From the NCBI RefSeq assembly GCF_009914755.1, contig NC_060936.1: a stretch of DNA of 64,000 nucleotides; one strand, 5' to 3'. Positions 1-13,287 of this stretch are shown in pieces. The notes beneath the pieces are model-generated. The model had not been told where the DNA came from. It did not search any database and saw nothing but the letters and a program-made list of their open reading frames with translations. Both the position numbers and the translations under genes were made by a program. The stretch's first letter is position 1, and each line of letters starts with the position of its first letter. The stretch is from the human T2T-CHM13v2.0 reference genome, Homo sapiens.

Positions 1-2969
1 TTGTTAAAAGTACCAGGATGATTGGGAGTTTCTGAATAGGAAAATCAATACCAAAAATAGAAGATTGGTTTGATTAGTTGTGCATTTCCAATTGGAAGAG
101 TTAGAGAACTGCAGGTAAGAGCAGATAAGATGAAATTCAAGTGGGAGGTGGTGAATAGACACTAAAGAACAGACCTCGGTGAAATGACGAAGGAAGAATT
201 CAGAAGAATTCGACACAATGAAATTTTAGACAAATGAGAGAGATAACTCAAGAATGACTGGGGTCAGGGAGAGTTAGAAAAACTGGTAGAACTATAGTAT
301 CACTAACAAATAAAAAAACTGGGAAATAGGAATTTCAGCTAAGAGGGAGATTTAATTTTTTAAAAAATGCTTTTTTATAACATCTTAACTCTCTTGTTAC
401 ATTGTAAACAGCTTGAATGCAAGAAGCATGTGTTGAAGGGGCATTGTGTCATGGTGGGATCTGTGGTTGTCAAATCAGATGCGGGGTCTCCAGAGCTGAT
501 TAAACAATGATAGCACCTTAAAATTATATAATCTTAAAGTAATTCATGCGTATTGTTCATTACCTTACTTAAATAACATGCTTCAACTTACTGTTTTTAA
601 ATTCTGGATTTTGAGGTCTGTGGAAGCGGATGTTATAGAATTAATTTCATTTTAGCCTTATCTCACTTCTTATTTGTCATAAAATCTTAAGCAAGTCAAT
701 AAAAATTTAAAATGTGCCCGTAATCCCTGAAAATTTTGGTTATAGAAAATTATGTAAATAAAAAATTATGGTTCTACTGAATAGCAGCATAAAATAAAAT
801 ATACATTATTCACTGAATAATGACAGTTTTATTACTTTCAAACAGAGTATAAGCTTGGTCATCCGAAATGTTCTCTGATAATTTGTTTTGTCTCGTGTTC
901 TTCTAAAAGGTCAAAGTTGCCATCTTGTACTAAAAAGAATTGGAGATATAAGTCCAAACAAAATTCCACAAATCCAAAGAATCACTACAGTTGATCAAAA
1001 TCAAAGAAGAATTCAAAGTCAAATGTTAATCAAATTACAGAAAAATGAAAACCACACAGAATAGTGAGAGTTGTATCACTGAAGAGGGGAAGATCTAATT
1101 TTAGTAGAAAGAGAATGGAAAAGGAAAGCAACAAGGAGCAAGTGACAATGGGGAAGAAAAGCAGGACATGGTAGCATCATGATCAAGGGAAGCGGGGAGA
1201 AGAAAAGCAATAAGAAAGAAGGTGCAATTTGAGTGCTGAGGCACGTGACAGCAGCTCAGACTGCCAACGTGCTAGACTCCTCTGTAAGAGAAAACTGAAG
1301 CACAAAAATCTTAGGTAAATTGTCCCCAGCCACACAGGTAGACCAGGATTTTTAACTAACTCTAAGACCACCCAGAGGAGCAGCTGGAAGAAAAAAAGTC
1401 AGTATACCATTACACAGATTAACAGTATATATGCAGAAATCAATTCTGTAAATTGCAAATCTGACCATCTCAACTCCCTCTTAAAGTTCTCACTGTACCT
1501 CCTTTGTCTTCAAGACAAAACCCCAACTGTATTGTGTAGCATCCAAGGCCATCTAAAATGTCATGGATGATTTCTGCTCTTATCTTTTTCCTCCTTCCAC
1601 CTCACACTTCAGGTGCTCTGAATTAGTTGCAGTACAGGTACCAAACCATCTCTTGCTATGGTACCTATGTTTCTCGTTGTTGTTTTTTGTTTGTTTGTTT
1701 TTCTTTCCAGAATATCCTTCTTTCTGTTTAAATTACCAATTTCTACTAATCCTTGAAAAAGTGTCACCCACTCTAGAAATCTTCCTCTGTATCTCCTCCC
1801 CAGGTTGCATTAAAATATCCCTTCTCTGGGTTCTTAGAAGACTCCACTTTCTTCTCTTACAGGCCTTATTAGATTGGAATGACAGCCTTTTTCTATATTC
1901 ATTCTAGAATTGCCTCAGACAGCAAGTTTGTCATTTGTTTCTTGTATCCTCAGGACTCAAAAAAGTGCCTGACTGAAGATATTCAGAGTGTGGCCTACCA
2001 CCCAGTTTTATGAAACTGATGAAATAAGTGCATTTAGACAATAATTACATAAAGGAATTAAGTATCTCCCTAGACTTAAGGAGGATAGGAAAAGAGATTT
2101 AAAAATGCATATCCCAGAAGATATGCAAAATCTCAGGCCCCACCTCAGGGTTCACTACCACCTTTAAAATGTTTCGTATTAATCATTAAACATACAACAT
2201 AAAATAAGAGTAATAAAATCATTTGTCTCCTGTTTAAAAAACGTTCCTTAAGTGGTTATTCTTTGCAAAGCATTACAAAAAGCACTTTCCCAAACAATTC
2301 ATTCAATGTCTTGTATATTTAGAAATACACCATATGCTTCAAGACCGTGAACATCATGAAGGTAGACATTTTATTCTTTTTATTCCCAATGCCTACTACT
2401 GGACCTACCTAGAGGAGGAGCTTAATTACTATACGTTTAAATGAGTGATTGAATAAACAAGGGAAAATAAAATTCAAAATAATTCTATTGATTGTCATTC
2501 TGAGTGTACACTTTCAGAAACACAATGAAGGCTTTCCATATTGTCACCATTTTCCATTTCCAATGCTCAGTTTGCTAGTAAAAATATGAAATGTTATTTA
2601 AAATAATGTGATGAGAAAGCTGATTTATCAAAACAGAATTTACTTTTAATGTAAAATACAGCATTTTAGAGTTGGTTGTATCTAAAATTACACTAAAAAT
2701 AAAGCCTAAGTAAATTCAAATTACATTACAGGAAATGATATGACTTGCCACTTTCTTTTTTCCCAAACTCTCGCGCTAGTTTAAATTGTTTGGCAGTTTT
2801 CCTGTTTCCTTTTCTTCTTCCCTTTCCTCCTTACCAAATATATGAGTCAGATACTATACTGGGTAACAAGGATGCAAAAGTAACATATTGTCAGTGCCCT
2901 CTGGAAGCAGATAGTCTAGAAAAAGAAAGTAGGCATGGAAGTATACAGGTGCCGAAATATAATCTTTGT

Positions 2970-3255
2970 AGCTGAGCACAATGGCTCATGCCTGCAATCC
3001 CCAAGCTTTGGGAAGTCAAGGTGGGAGGAGCACTTGAGGCTGAGTTCGAGATCACCCTGGGCAACATAGTGAGACCCTGTCTCTAAATGTAAAAAAAAAA
3101 ACAATTTGCCAAGTGCATTGGTGCCTGCCTGTAGTCCCAGCTACTCTGGAGGCTGAGGCAGGAGGATCCCTTGAGCCCAGGAGTCCAGGGCTAGAGTGAG
3201 CTATAATCATACCACTGTACTCTGGCCTGGGTGACAGAGCAAGACCTTTTCTCTA
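2970..3255 (+). mobile_element. AluJ-type SINE
   Basis: Dimeric Alu with central A-tract and J-like GGAGGATCCCTTGAGCCCAGGAG. Confidence 0.9.
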
Positions 3256-3299
3256 ATTTTTTTAACATTTTAAAAATAAAATAAATTCTATAGATAATA

Positions 3300-4690
3300 G
3301 ACACAATAAGGAAAGTTGGACAATTCTTCCTGGAGGGTCAAAGGAGAATCTTTATAGAAAAAGTGATCCTGGAACTGAGTCTTCAGAGGTGAGAAGGAAG
3401 ATATTTGCCTGAAATTAGGGAGGAAAGGGGCTAATTCTATTTGTTAAGATCAGAGCAAATGAAAGTACAAAGTACAAAACAGAAGAGTGTAATTAGAGAG
3501 AATGTTAGTGAAGCTGCGGGAGCAGATAAGGCAGGAAGCACAGCTGAATCCCAGGGTTCCTCGGAAGCCACAGTGAGAAATTTAGACTTCTTTGGAAAGA
3601 ATAAAGAGTTATTGATCAGTTTTAAGAGAGAAATCCCATAGATTTTTGTTCTAGAAAGATTACTCTGGCAGCAGTGTAGAAGGTAGATGTTGGGATTTAA
3701 AACAAACCAATCTGTAGGGTTTTTCCAACTTTGATATGCATATGAGTCAACTTGGGACTTGTTGAAATGCAATCAGCTTCATTTCTGGTCTGAGGACCAC
3801 AATAAGTAGTAAGTAGTTCAAGAGCAATTGACATGGTGTAGCAAGTATATGGACCTAAAAAGATAGGGTCAGAAGAAGAGTCTGAAAACCTCTTCAATTT
3901 CTGCTTAGATAACTGAGAATGGTGCCGAGATCACCAAGCAAAGAAATAAAGGAGGAAAGACAGTTTAAGAGGGAAAGACGAGTTTCACTTTAAACATATT
4001 AAATTTGAAGTACATCTGAGATGACATCTAAACAGAGACAGCCAGCAGGCAAATGGTTGTGTGTTAGGAATAGAGGAAAACAATATGCTATAGAAGAAAG
4101 TAGAATGATAACTTTGCAGTCAGACAGACCCAGACATGAGTTTCTACTGTTATGTGAGATATGAAGAAATTATATCAACATTCTTACACTCAATATCCTT
4201 ATGTATAAAAAGAAGCTAACAATAACTTCCTTATATGTTTTTAATAAAATGAGTGCAACACCTAATCAGTGTCTACATTATGGCAGATGATGAACAAATG
4301 GTGCCATTTACATGTCTTCAACGTTCAGGATAGAAAACTTGGAACTTGTTCCTATTTAAGAAGTAGCCGTTAAGAGTCAATAAGATAGCTCAGGAAAAGT
4401 TTGTAATGTAAAAATAAAGGATATAAAGAGCTCAACTTTAAGAGGAGAGCAGAAGGAGTGGTCACAGGACAGAAGGAGAAGGACTGATCACAGATTTGAA
4501 GAGAAAATTGGGAGAGAATGATGTCATAGAAGTCAGAACAGGGAAATTTTTTATAAAAAGGGATAAGTGAAATGCACAGAGAGGCTAACCAGTGGATTTA
4601 GCATTTATGACCTAAAAAGATTTTCGAGATAGGTATGAAAGCAAAACAGATTGCAATGGATCATTGAACGAGTGGAGAAAGAAATGTAAA
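3300..4690. mobile_element. Degenerate L2 fragments interrupted by a MIR (about 4090-4300)
   Basis: Purine-rich L2-like segments (gagtttcactttaaacatattaaatttgaag) and MIR core gcagtcagacagaccc; boundaries approximate. Confidence 0.5.
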
Positions 4691-5869
4691 GGATTCTTTT
4701 GGTTTATCTGCTAAAACAGGGAATGTAACATTAGAAGAGGATATGGTGCTATTTATTTTTTAGATGAGACTTTTTAAAAGTTTACATTGTGGAGGACCAA
4801 CTAAAGTAAGAAACCATAAACTTGAGGTGGAACCAAACAGAATATAAGTGGCTGAGTTGATTCCAGGTAGCGGATTTGTAGGGCAGAATCAGTAGAGAAA
4901 TAATTTCTCTCTCTCTCTCTGAATACTAGCTTCCAATCCATTCTAACTAGTGCCATGTTATTTATCCTAAAATATGTAATATTTCTTTACTCAAGAAATT
5001 TCAGTGAGTACCCCTTGCCTGCAAAAGGAAATATAATTTCCATGGTCTACCATTCAAGGTTTCCATCATCTGGCTATAACTGTCATTTGCAACTCTTTCT
5101 TACCACTTCCTTTCATGCATCCTGTACTCCAGTCATATTTGATTACTTTTTATTCTCCATGCACTCTTTCCACATACTCCATACATATTCCTTCTTATTT
5201 AAGGTCCAGCAAGAATGCCACTTCCATCATGGCATCTTCTATAAAAGCCCAAACTAAATAGAGTCTCTTCTCAGATTCCCTGTATTACCCACGAGATATA
5301 TTATAAGCTACTTATAAAACAGTAATTTCTGCATTCCTTTTTCTGCCCTTAAAAGAAAGATAACACTTTATTCATTTTTTACAGTTCACAGTTTCCTACA
5401 GAGTGTCAGCACATACTATAGATTTAATAGTGGCTATTAATTCCTTAAAGAATTTGAAGACTCAGGGCAAATCCAATTTAAAAAATCCTGAAATTACAAA
5501 GGATACTATTTCTTACTCAACCAACAATCAAAAGTGTAATCCAACACTCATACTGTGTATTGAAATAACATATATTTCCTATAAAATATTTTAAATGCTA
5601 TAAAGACTATTGCATGATAAAAGCAATAGGCTTTTTTAGTAAAGGGATTTAAAAAATCTTAGAGAATTGCTGCTCAAGCCATGAATCAATAATTAATCTT
5701 GTAGAAAGAAGTTCAGAATATATTGCCAAGATCACAAAGTTATATTTTCTTTACTCAAATTTATAATAAAATGTCACCTTGTAAGAAAATAAACTCACAT
5801 CAGAATTTACGTCAGCTTAGATAATGAATAAATGTAATTCAATTGTGTATACTTAACTGATGCAGCGTC

Positions 5870-6075
5870 TACATATATTTATTGAGCACCTATTTTGTGT
5901 CATGCCTAGTACTAGGTATATTCATACATAATATCTTATTTAATACCCACAACAATCATGTGAGATAGCTATGTTAGTCCCATTCTACGGATTAAGAAAT
6001 TTGCTCAGAGAGATTTTTAACTTGCCAAGTAGTAAACAGCTAGGATGTCTTACAGCCAAGAATCTCTAGTGCTCT
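5870..6075 (-). mobile_element. MIR
   Basis: atttattgagcacctat...cccattctacggattaagaaatttgctcagagag. Confidence 0.7.
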
Positions 6076-7048
6076 GAGAGACTAGAAGATTTTGGTCACG
6101 TAGGACTCATTTTATTTACTCTGGGAAAAGGTGCATCCATAAAATGAGAAAAAATTAGCAACAAGAGTTGAAGCAAGTGAGTTGAATGTGTAAGCAGCTT
6201 AATCTTCAGCTATCCATAAAATACAGTTAACCAATACACCTTCCCTAAGGATTCTACTTAATCAACATTTTAATGCATACATGGCAATTTAGCCTAAGGT
6301 GACAAAGTTTTAAATTAGTGGTTCTAGAATTATGTTACTAGATAAGAATAGTTTATCATGATTATCAGCCTTGTTTATATGTAATTTATGCTTCTAAAGT
6401 ACTTACAGTTATTTTAGGGAGGTTTTTGAAGTATTCTTAGCAAACTCTGTGTCTCTAATTTTTATAATTAATATTATATTAATAGCCACTCCAGAAACAC
6501 TTTGCTAAACAATAGATCTTCAGGCCTGCTCATGTCCGTAATCATACATTTCAATTAGTGAGCCATTTCCGTACTTTTATAATGGTTGAGCATTCTATGT
6601 AATGCTTTTAAATATGACATGTATTTTACTAAATTTCACTTCAGATATCTCTGCCCTGAAGATAACATAAAGAAACTTGATAATCACTGAATAATATTTA
6701 CATTTCACATTTGATACAGATTTCAATATATTACTATTTTTATTTTGCCTTTAATGTAAATTTTAATAAATCGAGAAGCAATAGCTTTTCTCCCTTTGGA
6801 AGATACTACCGGAGGAAAAATCCTACATGTAAAGATGTTCATAAAAACTTGTGTTCTTTGAATGTGGTATTAGCCATGAATCGATTAAAATTCTGATACC
6901 TTATGGCCACATGCACTGCTTGGATTCAGAGACACAGTTCTGCAACTTTGGTTTTCACTGGGGTCTCCTGAGAAGTACAACTTTTCTTTTTTAACCTCCT
7001 CTTTGTGGTTTGTAAACTTGAGGGCTAAATGTTATTGAGAGAAGTGGT

Positions 7049-7562
7049 TGTTGGAAGACAATTCTCCATAGGTCTCTCGTGTTTCTATGTGTTTTCTGAG
7101 CAGAGGTATTGATTGCTTTTCTTCCATACTAGATTTTCAAGGACATTTGTATAGCGAACAGCTTTCGTAAAGATACTGTCTCCTTCCAGAGGAAAAAAAG
7201 CAGTTTTGTTTACTGTTTCCTATAATAATGATGACAGCCTACAGGGCAAAGATCAGGTAGGCTTACTGCCCACCATAAAAGGCCCAGGTTCCTTAAGCTT
7301 AAGGTACCTACTCTATAATGCAACTCACTGTGTGTCACTTGTTCCTCTTCGTACCACACTTTAAAAACTGGGGCTTGGGGAAATAACGTCAAAATGCTAA
7401 TACTCTGACAACTGTCATTTCTGTGAGTAATAAGCTGTCTTTTTTTTTTTTTTTTTTTTTTTTTTGACGCACAAGCCTGCTTCCACCAGCTTCCATGGAG
7501 CTACATCAGGCCAATTGGTAGCTTGCAGGGAGGGTAAAATATCAGACCTTTCCCAGTTTGTG
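7049..7562 (+). mobile_element. LTR40-like solo LTR (ERVL) with internal poly-T run at 7440-7466
   Basis: Starts TGTTGGAAGACAATTCTCCAT and ends GGGTAAAATATCAGACC, as in the recalled LTR40 consensus. Confidence 0.7.
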
Positions 7563-8067
7563 TAACCAATAACAACTTCAACACAGATTGTGTTATCTGA
7601 GTACTCACTTTCAAAAAACAAAATCATACACAGGATTTTAAGGTTCCTATTGATCTGGATTGGCCAGTGTAGCTTTCTTGCCTCATTCTCCAAGAAATTT
7701 GTCATCTTCCTAGTACAAAACTCAGCTAAAATGGCTTTTCCTAATTTTGTTAATGATCTTTCCTTCTGTCATCTAGTGACAGCATTGAGCCAGGTTTCCC
7801 TCCTACTAGTTATTCTTCAAACAAAGATAATTTTTGGATGATTTTCTTTTGTGGAATAAGTGAAATAACCTATGTTTTCAGATTACTTATTCCTTCTTGA
7901 TTTTTTAAATCCATTTATTGAGGTATAATTGACATACAGAAAGCTACACATATTTAATGTATACAACTTGATGAGTTTGGAGATAAGTATACAGCCATGA
8001 ATTTATCAACACAATCTATGCCATAAACATATCCATTCCTTCCAAAAGTTTCCTTCTGCCCTCTTAA

Positions 8068-8359
8068 TTATTTTTTCCCCACAGGGTCTCTCTTTGTCAC
8101 CCAGGCTAGAGAGCAGCGGTGCCATCACAGCTCACTACAGCCTCTATCTCCTGAGCTCAAAGGATCCTTCCACCTCAGCCTCCCAAGTAGCTGGGCCCAC
8201 AGGCACACACCACCAGGCCCAGCTAATTTTTTGTACTTTTTGTAGACACGAGTTTCACCATGTTGTACAGACTGGTCTCGAACTCGTGAGCTCAGGCGAT
8301 CTGCCCAACTCAGCTTCACAAAGTGCTGGAATTACAGGCATGAGCCACCATGCCTGGAC
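8068..8359 (-). mobile_element. AluJ-type SINE
   Basis: Full dimer; CCCTCTT repeated on both flanks. Confidence 0.88.
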
Positions 8360-10247
8360 CCTCTTTATAACTTTTGTGTGTGATAAGAATACTCAATCTA
8401 AGATCTACCCTCTTACACTTTTAAATATGCAACACAATGTTATTTATCACGGGTACTATGCTGTTCAGTAGCTCGCTGGGACTTATTTGTGCCGTATAAC
8501 AGAAACTATACCCTTTGACTAACACTTCCTTGTTTTCCCCTCCCCCAGCCCTGGTAACTATCATTCAACTCTCTCCTTCTATAAGTTTGACTGTTTTAGA
8601 TTCCTCACATAAGTGGTGTCATGCACTATTTGTCCTTCTGTGTCTGGCTTATTTCCCTTAATATAATGTCCTCTAGTTTTACCCATGTTGTCACAAATAA
8701 CAAGATATTCTTTATTTTTTCAGGATGAGTAATATTTCATTGTATGTACATACTATATTTTCTTTATTCATTCATAATGGACAGTTAGATTGCTTGCATA
8801 TCTTGGCTATCATAAAATAATGCTGCAATATATACAGGAGTACAAATATCTCTTGATTTCAATTCCTTTAGGTATATACCCAGAAATGGGATTGCTGGAT
8901 TATATGGCAGTTCTATTTTTAATTTTTGTGGAACCTCCATATTGTTTTCCACAAGGTTGTACCAGTTTGCATTCACACCAATAGTATACAAGAGTTCCCT
9001 TTTCTCCACATTCCTGCCAACACTTTTCTGTTGTACTTTTTTATAATAATCATTCTTACAGGTATGAGGTGATAGCTCATGTGATTTGATTTGCATTTCC
9101 CTGATGATTAGTGATGTTGAGCACTTATTTATATACCTGTTGGCCATTTGTATAGCTTCTTTAGGGAAATGTCTATACAATCCCTTTGCACATTTTCTAA
9201 TCAAGTTACTTGGGGTTTCCATTCTATGGAGTTGTGGGATTCAATTTTGGATACTATCCCTTATCAGATATGTGGCTTGCAAATATTTTCTTTTATTCTG
9301 TAAATTGGCTTTACATTTTTGTTGATTGTTTCCTTTGCTGTGCAATAGCCACTTTGTTTCATGTAATCCCACTTTTCTATTTTTAGACAAGTTTTTGTTA
9401 CCTGTCTTTGTTTCAATCCCTTTGGAATCATATCTAAGAAATTCTTGCCAAGCCCAATGTCAAAAAGCTTTTTTCCTATTTTCTTCTATGAGTTTCATAG
9501 TTTCAGGTCTCAAGTTTAAATCTTTAATGGATTTTGAGTTGATTTTTGCATATGGGGTAAGGTTAGAGTCCAATTTCATTTTTTACATGCGAATATCCAG
9601 TTTTCCCAATGCCATTTATTGGAGAGACTATCCTTTCCCCATTATGTATTTTAGTACCTTTGTAGAAGATCAGTTGACTATATATGAAGGGGTTTATTTC
9701 TGGGCTCTCTATTCTGTTCCATTAGTCTACATATTTGTTTTTATGCCCCTACCATACTGCCTCAATTACTGAAGTATTTTAAATACATTTGGAAACCAAA
9801 AATTGTGATGCCTCCACCTTTATATTTCTTTTTTAAGATTGGTTTTGGTTATTCAGGGTCTTTTTTGATTCCAATATGAATTTTAGGATTGTTTCTTCTG
9901 TTTCTGTGAAAACAAAACAAAAATGCCATTGGGATTTTAGTAGGGATTACATTGAATCTATAGATCACCTTGGGTAGTATGGATATATTAACATGGGATG
10001 TGTTTCTGTTTATTTGTAACTTTTAAAGTTTATTTCATCAGTGGTTTACAGTTTTGGTGTGCCAGTTTTTCACTTCCTTGGTTAAATTTATTCCTAAGCA
10101 TTATATATTTTTTAATGCTAGTGTAAATGAAAATGTTTTCTTGATTTCTTTCTGGATAGTACATAGTTAATGAATAGAAATGCAACACATTTTTACATAG
10201 TAATTTTGTATCTTGCAACTTTACTGAATTTAATAGTTCTAGTAGTT

Positions 10248-10558
10248 GTTTTTGTTGTTGTTGTTGTTGTTGTTGTTTTGAGGACTCTCGCTCTGTTGCC
10301 CAGGCTGAAGTGCAGTGGCGCCATCTCAGCTCACTGCAACCTCTGCCTCCCAGGTTCAAGCAATTCTCGTGCCTCAGCCTCCTGAGTAGCTGGAATTACA
10401 GGCGTGCACTACCACGTCTGGCTAATTTTTGTGTTTTTAGTAGAGACGAGGTTTCAACACATTGGCCAGGCTGGCCTCGAACTCCTGACCTCAGGTGATG
10501 CACCTGCCTCAGCCTCCCAAAGTGCTGTGATTACAGGCATGAGCCACCACACCCGGCC
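10248..10558 (-). mobile_element. AluS-type SINE with (TTG)n tail
   Basis: Full dimer; tail converted to a CAA/TTG microsatellite. Confidence 0.92.
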
Positions 10559-11332
10559 TTGTGGTAGTTTGTTAACAAAATCTTCAGGAGTTTCTACATG
10601 TAAGATTGTGCCATCAGTGAATAGAGATAATTTTGCTTCTGCCTTTTTAATTTAATTGCCTTTTATTTTCATTTCTTGACTAATTGCTTTGGCTAGGATT
10701 TCCAGTACCATCTTGAACAGAAGTGGTGAGAGTGGGCATCCTTGCCTTTTCCCAGATCTTAGAAAAAAATCTTTTCAGTTTATTTTATATGATATTAGCT
10801 GTAAGCTTTTCATATATGGACTTTAATGTGTTAAGTTCCTTTTATACTTAATTTACTGAGAGTTATCATGAAAGGGAGTTAAATTTTGTCACATGCTTTT
10901 TCTATATTTTTGAGATAATCATGTGATTTTTATCTCCATTCTGTTAATGTGGTGTATCACATTGATTGATTTCTGTATGTTGAGCCATCCTTGCATGCCA
11001 GGGACACATATTATTTGGTCATGGAATATGATCCTTTTAAAGTGCTATAAATTTGATTTGCTATTATTTTGTTGGGGAATTTTGCATCTATGTTCATCAG
11101 GAATATTGGCCTAAAGTTTTGTTTTCTTGTGGTGCCTTTGTCCAGCTTTGGTATCCAGATGATGTTGACCTTATAAAATAAAACTGGAAGTGTTCCCTCT
11201 TCTATTTTTTAGAAGCATTTCAGAAGGATTGGTATTAATTCTTCTTTAAATCTTTGGTAGAATTCACCTGTGAAGTCATTTGGTCCTGGGCTTTTCTTCG
11301 TTGGGCAGTTTTTGATTACTGATTAAGTCTCC

Positions 11333-11447
11333 AAACAGGGTCTCACTATGTTACCCAGGCTGGTCTCAAACTCCTAGCCCCAAGTGATCCTCCCACCTTG
11401 GCCTCTCAAAGCATTGGGATTACAGGTACAAATCACTGCACACAGCC
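11333..11447 (-). mobile_element. Alu monomer (FLAM-like), no tail
   Basis: Left-arm sequence only; AGTCTCC on both flanks. Confidence 0.8.
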
Positions 11448-12128
11448 TCTCAGTCTCCTTTTTGTTATTGGTCTGTTTAACCTTTCTAGTTCTTCTTGGT
11501 TCAGTCTTGATGGGTTATATGGTTCTTGAAATTTCCCTTTTTTTTCTAGATTGTCCAATTTTATGGTGTATGATTGCTCTATGTGTTTTTCATTTTTGTG
11601 AGATCTGTTGTAATGTCTCCACTTTCATTTCTGATTTTATTTGACTCCTCTCTCTTTTTTCTTACTCTAAGTATTTGTCAATTTTATTTAACTTTTCAAA
11701 AAAACAAGTCTTAGTTTCCTCAATTTCTTCTAATTTTTTTCTTTTCTATTTTAGTTATTTCTGTGCTAATCTGTATTATTTCCTCCCTTCTGCTAACTTT
11801 GGGCTTATTCTCCACTCTTTTTATAAATCACTAACATCTAATACAGTTACCATTATCAGTCTGATATAATTAGACATCCAATCCTAGGTTTAATGTTAGC
11901 ATTTCTGTATGCTCAGGAAATTATTCTAAACTGATATCCTGGTATTATTTCAGATTTTCTCAACAACTAATTTTACCTTCTACTGAAATGCTCTCCATCT
12001 TGATTGTAAATATAGTTAGTATAATTAATTGCTTTTCTTCTTAAGAGACTAACCTTTATATGACAATTACTGACATTGGATTAAGTTCCACCTAGGATAG
12101 GATAGGCAGGGGGTGGATGTCATCTTAC

Positions 12129-12252
12129 CTTAAAAATCTGTTTCACATGAATATAACTGCACCGAATATCTAATTTTTCAAGTAACCTCTGAGTTTTTTC
12201 TAGGTTAATTTTTCCACCTCTGAAGTCATCCTGAATCTTTGACAAAAACCAT
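12129..12252 (-). CDS. PLCZ1: Phospholipase C zeta 1, exon 3 (EF-hand region, 124 nt)
   Basis: Minus strand translates as (R)WFLSKIQDDFRGGKINLEKTQRLLEKLDIRCSYIHVKQIFK, the PLCzeta N-terminus. Ends AAG|GTAAGA and begins after an intron ending in TAC. Confidence 0.95.
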
Positions 12253-13276
12253 GTAGAAGCACAAAAAAGTTAAGGAAATTCTCACAGAAAGTCATTGAAT
12301 ATTTAAAATTCCTAAAGAAACATTTGATTTACTGTATTATTTTTATTTTTAAAGAATATGTTTAAAGTAAATTATAGTATAATTGTATGATAAATATTTT
12401 TTAAAAAACAAAATTAAGTAGTTACTATGCTATGGTAAAGGTATGAAAGGGCATAGCACAGTAAAAATACAAAAAAAAGAATTAAAGTTAAAATTTGAGA
12501 ATTTGAGAATTGAAGTCATTACTTAGAACATACATTAAAACATTATAACAATCTATTGCCTGAAGGCATGAAGTTGGAAGGCAGCTAGACTTCAAGATCG
12601 CCTCTCACCTGACCTCTCTGTTTTAGTTCTCTCTTCCAGAAAGGTGAGCAAATTAACCCTGAATCTTAAGGAAAGTGGAAGCATTAGATGAATTCCTAAT
12701 ATGCCACCGAACACAGTTTCTGCTACTTAGTGTTCAATAAATAGTAACCATGACTGATAAAGTTATTATTACTACATTAGTCCAATGCCCAGCTACACAC
12801 ACACTCAAGACAGTACCATCAAAAAGCATCAGAAATACCATGGTGAGTGTATATTTGGTATGAAAAACGAAAAAAATTTTTAAAAGCTTACTTATCATAG
12901 ATAAACTACAAAAACTAGGACACTTCCATTTGAAAAACTAAGATCGAAATGAGATAATGACAATTATCACTAAAATTATAAAAGGTATAGGTAAAAATTG
13001 TGCAAAACTACTAAGTTTCAGATTGTTAGAACGAATTAATGAGATCTCCTTAAATTTAATAGTTATGACTTAATCCAGCAAAGCTCATGTTCTTGTAAGA
13101 AAAAGATACCAGAATGCAGGGAAAGTTAGAAAAGCTCAGAACAAACAGGGAAAAGCAGTTCAACTTAAATGAAGAGGACTTAAATTCAGAACTCCTCGAA
13201 AAGAATAACAGCATCAAGTAAAGAGGATAAGTAGGAGAAAGAAGAAGAGGAGCAGAAAGAAGCTCTCAATGGATAT
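12253..13276 (-). other. PLCZ1: U12-type (AT-AC) intron 2 of PLCZ1, 1024 nt
   Basis: 5'ss ATATCCATT, branch site TTTCCTTAAC (12278-12269), 3'ss TAC; splicing restores the reading frame. Confidence 0.9.
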
Positions 13277-13287
13277 CTCATTTCCAT
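13277..13287 (-). CDS. PLCZ1: PLCZ1 first 11 coding nt (ATG GAA ATG AG) at the end of exon 2
   Basis: Joining to 12252 gives MEMR-WFLSK in frame (11+124=135 nt, 45 codons), the known PLCzeta start. Confidence 0.92.

Larger units (their letters stand above)
7905..11820 (-). mobile_element. Old 5'-truncated L1 (L1MA/L1MB-like) interrupted by three Alus
   Basis: ORF2 C-terminal peptide in ORF 8785-9222 (IIREMQIK...ELPYNPAIP); L1M-type 3'UTR ending near 7910. Confidence 0.88.

Noticed and set aside
10030-10385. Poly-Gln and poly-Val ORFs
   Set aside because: Produced by the (TTG)n Alu tail within L1.
1-12128. Further PLCZ1 coding exons
   Set aside because: The expected next peptide (DNDRLKQGRITIEEF) was not seen; exon 4 probably lies left of the window.
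12515-12625. Possible cryptic U2-type splice sites inside the U12 intron (CCTTCAG acceptor near 12560, CAG|GTGAGA donor near 12608)
   Set aside because: The order does not define an exon and usage cannot be shown without transcript data.
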